Below, one piece after another: positions 60,201 through 64,000 of a DNA stretch of 64,000 bases (positions are counted from its first letter, which is position 1; every line of letters starts with the position of its first letter). Origin of the DNA: Nemertoderma westbladi (lineage: Eukaryota; Animalia; Xenacoelomorpha). The translations under genes were made by a program, and so were the position numbers. The stretch is from contig JAUCBJ010007860.1 of the NCBI GenBank assembly GCA_032718475.1, forward strand, positions 62,001 to 126,000, read 5' to 3'. The notes beneath the pieces are model-generated. The model did no database searches, was not told the DNA's origin, and was given only the letters and a program-made list of their open reading frames with translations.

Positions 60201-61458
60201 TGTTCGCGCTTTTGAAGACCTTTAGCAGTTTAACCTGCCAAAATTTATATGTCTTTTAGTTAATTAAAACCACTTTAGCATATGACAATATTTTATGCTA
60301 ATACGCAAAACATTAGCCGAAGGCAGCCCATGCGCGATCATTCACCCGATGGATCTACACCCGGGAGGCTGAATTCGGATGCTTAAATTGTATTATTGCA
60401 GTGTAAGGTTGCAGTGTATACCTACTGTATTATTCGATAGATCGTTAATAATTAATCTCTGACAGATATTATTGGCTTTCGGGAAATATTAACAGTTCCT
60501 TTAGGACGTGGCGCTTTATCTATTTAAACAGAACTAAGACTTATACTAAAACGCAACGATACTGCTTATGATTAAAGTATAAAGCATATTCTTTAGGAAA
60601 TACTTTGTTACCAATCACAATCATACACACTATTCTGCCGACCGTCAGTATATTTGATCATACATAAAGAGAGCAGCAATTGACTCACGTAGGGTCTGCT
60701 AAATAACATTGGATTCAATACACACCACATTAATATAAATCGCAATTGTTATGTATAGCCGGTCTCTCTAACCTGTAGTGTTATCAAGAAAATTGGGAAT
60801 TTGGGTGATTTATCCGTATTATCCAAAGAGCAATATTTCCATCAACAAATAGGTACAATTAATAACTGACAGTAAATAACAGTACAAACAATATGATTAA
60901 TGCAGTTAAATTAAGTAAGTATGTTAAGATGCGTTAAAATTCGATTGATTAATTAGATTCGATTCGGTAACAGTTTATACTTTCGATAATTTAAGCAGTT
61001 TTACTAGAGTTCTTCCCAAAAGGCCGGTGTTTCTGGCTTAGACAGCAATAACAACAAAGTATCAAGTAAAAACAGTAAGACTGAACACTCTCCTTATGAT
61101 CGGCTGAAAAGCTACACGTCGACAGGAAAAATCGCTCTGATTGGCTCAAGCCAAACAAAGAACCATGCGTCCAATGGCTGTTTCCATGTCAGCAACCAGC
61201 TGTTAGATGTCGTAATATGAATCATCACGGCTAAGCTGTGAAAGGTAGTTGGTGCATTACAGGTTTTTTGCCTTACCATGTCCGCCAAAACACGTATATA
61301 GCAGAATGATTTTTATGTCCGTTAAAACACCTGTAAAGGTACCTTGCGGGCGAGGGGAATATATATACAGTTAGAGAACCCTTTTAGAGTATTCCAGCGC
61401 CTGGGGGGAACTGGCCAGCAAAGGCAAACGTATCAGTTATCCCACAAAAGCTTTTACA
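60201..61458 (-). repeat. 5' LTR of element 2
   Basis: Direct repeat of 42638-43895; sense-strand CCAAT-like (near 61140) and TCAGT Inr-like (near 61083) motifs. Confidence 0.95.
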
Positions 61459-61463
61459 CTACT

Positions 61464-61715
61464 CCTCCGCCATTTCTCAACCGTTTTTTGCAATTTTTGA
61501 TTTATATGAAAGGTAATTTCATAAGCTTCATAAATTTCGACCAGTTTTATGATTTCATAATATTTCCCCACTTTTTTATTATTTTTTATATATTTCCCCA
61601 CTTTTTTAATATTTTTTATATATTTTCCAATTATCAGAAATAGAAAATGAAAATACAAAAAGTGGTCGAAAAATATTATGAAAATGAACATGCTGGTTTC
61701 AAAAAATGTGGTATC
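61464..61715 (-). repeat. Dispersed repeat copy B (the target of element 2)
   Basis: Reverse complement of 39875-40126. Confidence 0.85.
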
Positions 61716-63159
61716 AAAAAGAAAATAACGGAGGAGTAGGGTCTAGTCTTTTAAGCGAAATTTTTCAAATCTCAAGCCAGCCGCTAGGTGGCGTCAAAAA
61801 TGTTTTTTCACACTTTTATTTACTTTTTAGTTCATTATCTTTTCGATGGTATATCGTTTTGTGCGCATTTTTCAACCACATTGGAGATATAAGAAGGGGG
61901 GGGGGGGGGGTACCTGATGACGAATAAAGTTCCTGACGTATGATAGCGGATTGTAGTTCCCCTGTACTACAGTACAATGATGGACCTTATGCTTATATGA
62001 TCCCCGATTGTACAGAATGTTCCCGGTCCGTATAATAACAGATTGTATGTCCCCCTATTCCTATTGTATAAGGGGTTACATTATTTTTTAGTTTTTTATT
62101 ATATTTCTATTATTTTAGTTCCAATTAGGTCTAGAGTTCAAGGTCTCGTCGGTTGCAGAACATGTTTCGTAATGGTGGACTGCCGGTAATTTTGAAATAA
62201 GGGGCTTACTGTGGCTTTGGATTGTGAGCTTGTATTTCATTCACACAGTATAGTTCAAAATGGAGACTTAAATTACCTTCAGATATTTCGACATCTAGTG
62301 TGAAATGGATAGAATGGCAAACTCAGATGGATCAGTGTCAACATAGATACGCAGCTTTTGGTCTAGTAAATATCTGCCCAAGTTTCAGCATAAACGAATT
62401 TAAACCAATGAAATAGGAGACGGTTTTCTCTTTTAAACATTTCACGTCTAGCGCTAGACTGGAGAATTGCAGAAAGTTCAGTGTCTTCGCGAAGAAGCAG
62501 TCTGTGGCGATCTGCAAATTTTAAAATGTTTTCACTTTAACACGTTGCTCCATCTAGCGGTAGAAATAAAAACTGCACATAGATAATATAAGCTTACAGT
62601 ACACAGAAAGACCAAAAACTGGTTTGCAAATTTTTCTCGAAACTTTTAACATAATACAGATCACGTGTTCCACGTTGGTTACATTTAATCGAGGATTGAA
62701 GTTGAAAAGGACTATTATTTGATTAAAAAAAAAAGTACGCAGAAAACACCGTTTTGTTCACTAATTGTCAATTTATCGAAATTCACTTGCCGAGTGTTGA
62801 GTTTTACACAAGTTTTTAGAATGTCAACGAGTAGAAAACTCAACGCACGTACAGTTAATAAGGTATTATTGAACTGTTTTGTGGTATTTTGGTGTATTCT
62901 GTGTGATATTTTGGGTAATTCGAAGGACCCGAAGATTCGAATAAATGTAGCATCATCATTCTCATTAAATTTTGCAGATCGTCAAGAATGATGATACTAC
63001 TGTATTAGGCCTATGGTTTACCAAGTCCGGTACTTCTCGTTTTCATTCTGCTCGATGGGCCGGGTGGGGCTATACATGTACCGTTATTATAATTCAGTGA
63101 TTGTACAGTACTATTTGGGGCGAGCCACGCAGTCAGGGCGAGCCTTAGCGCACAATTAT

Positions 63160-63430
63160 AATAAGTAAACAGGGCAACTTTCATGTCCGTCTGTCTGTTT
63201 GTCTGTCCGTCTGTAATGAAAAATTCATTCGTAAATAACTTTTGAAGAATTTAACCATTTTCAACCATATTCTGTATGGGAATACTAGAGAAAAATTTCC
63301 AATATTTTTGAAAGTTACGGGAAAATACCTCTCGAACTTTTGACTCCAGATCAAAAGGAACTTGTTCAAGTTCGCGTGCCGCGTACTTTTTACAAACGGA
63401 GTACAAAGCAGGCGGGTTATTGACATACAG
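63160..63430. repeat. Possible Helentron/DINE-like non-autonomous repeat with a GTCY microsatellite
   Basis: TGTCCGTCTGTCTGTTTGTCTGTCCGTCTGT; a similar (GACA/GACC)n tract lies at 42389-42411. Confidence 0.3.
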
Positions 63431-64000
63431 TATATCTAACTACTGCTAACTCAACCCATCAATGTGTGAGAGGTATGCTGAATAATTACAGTAGTTTTAA
63501 AAAAAGTAAAAAATTAGCAAATAATTGAAATTTCCATAGATTAGTATTTATTTATAATTAATTAGTCCACTTTAGATTTGTCATGGTACCGGTCGGTAGC
63601 CTACAGTAGACAGCTGCGCGTAGCGTATGCATTACCTTTCGACGCTTATTCACTCCCAATTATCTGCCGCTACTTCGTTAGTGACTGCCTCAATCCGATA
63701 ATTATAATTACTTGCGTAATTTTATTGTGAATAAAAGAGAATTCAATCAAATGTTAAATTGAAAAGTGAAGAAAAGTCTTTATTCTTAAATTGTAACTTT
63801 TTCGCTCGAATATACTCCAAAATCGGGAGAAAAATGAGTACTTTTTCCCTAGGGAAAAAAGTAACCCATAGGATTGCATGGATTTTATTTTTTATCCCTG
63901 TGAAAAAAGTAAAATAAAACATTTTTCGTGGAATTTCTTAAATTATAATGAATGGGAGATTCTTTTAGGCTCATTATTAGTCATTAAGCCAAGGGAGTGC

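Larger units (their letters stand above)
42638..61458 (-). mobile_element. Full-length giant BEL/Pao LTR retrotransposon (element 2, 18.8 kb) with a cargo gene
   Basis: 1258-bp LTRs with TGT...ACA ends (2 differences seen); TSD CTACT (42633-42637 and 61459-61463), confirmed by the empty site in repeat copy A (40127-40131); PPT GGGAGCGG at 43903-43896. Confidence 0.96.

Noticed and set aside
61930-64000. Additional host gene at the right end
   Set aside because: Only short motif-less ORFs and repeat-like sequence; no supportable exon.

Overview
Eukaryotic (AT-rich, probably invertebrate) genomic DNA. It opens with ~11.2 kb of a 31-bp satellite showing higher-order duplications. An intronless SAMHD1-like dNTPase ORF follows. 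Next is a five-exon subtilisin/kexin proprotein convertase gene (15249-42088, ~789 aa, all splice phases consistent). Its 18.7-kb second intron is a nest of transposons: RTE-like LINE relics, a full-length 11.4-kb BEL/Pao LTR retrotransposon, a TTAA piggyBac-like element, and a Penelope-like fragment carrying a minimal hammerhead ribozyme. Downstream lies an unusually long (18.8 kb), recently inserted minus-strand BEL/Pao element. It is the best candidate for an undescribed system, for two reasons. (i) In the env position it carries a ~1,400-codon cargo gene with a DEDD/DnaQ-like 3'-5' exonuclease domain plus Cys/His zinc knuckles. (ii) It has no tRNA-type primer-binding site; the 13 nt abutting the 5' LTR are instead perfectly complementary to a sequence inside its own LTR, which suggests self-priming. 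The first BEL element carries an array of ~15 covarying small RNA hairpins in its long 3' non-coding region. All calls were made by eye; no database searches were run.
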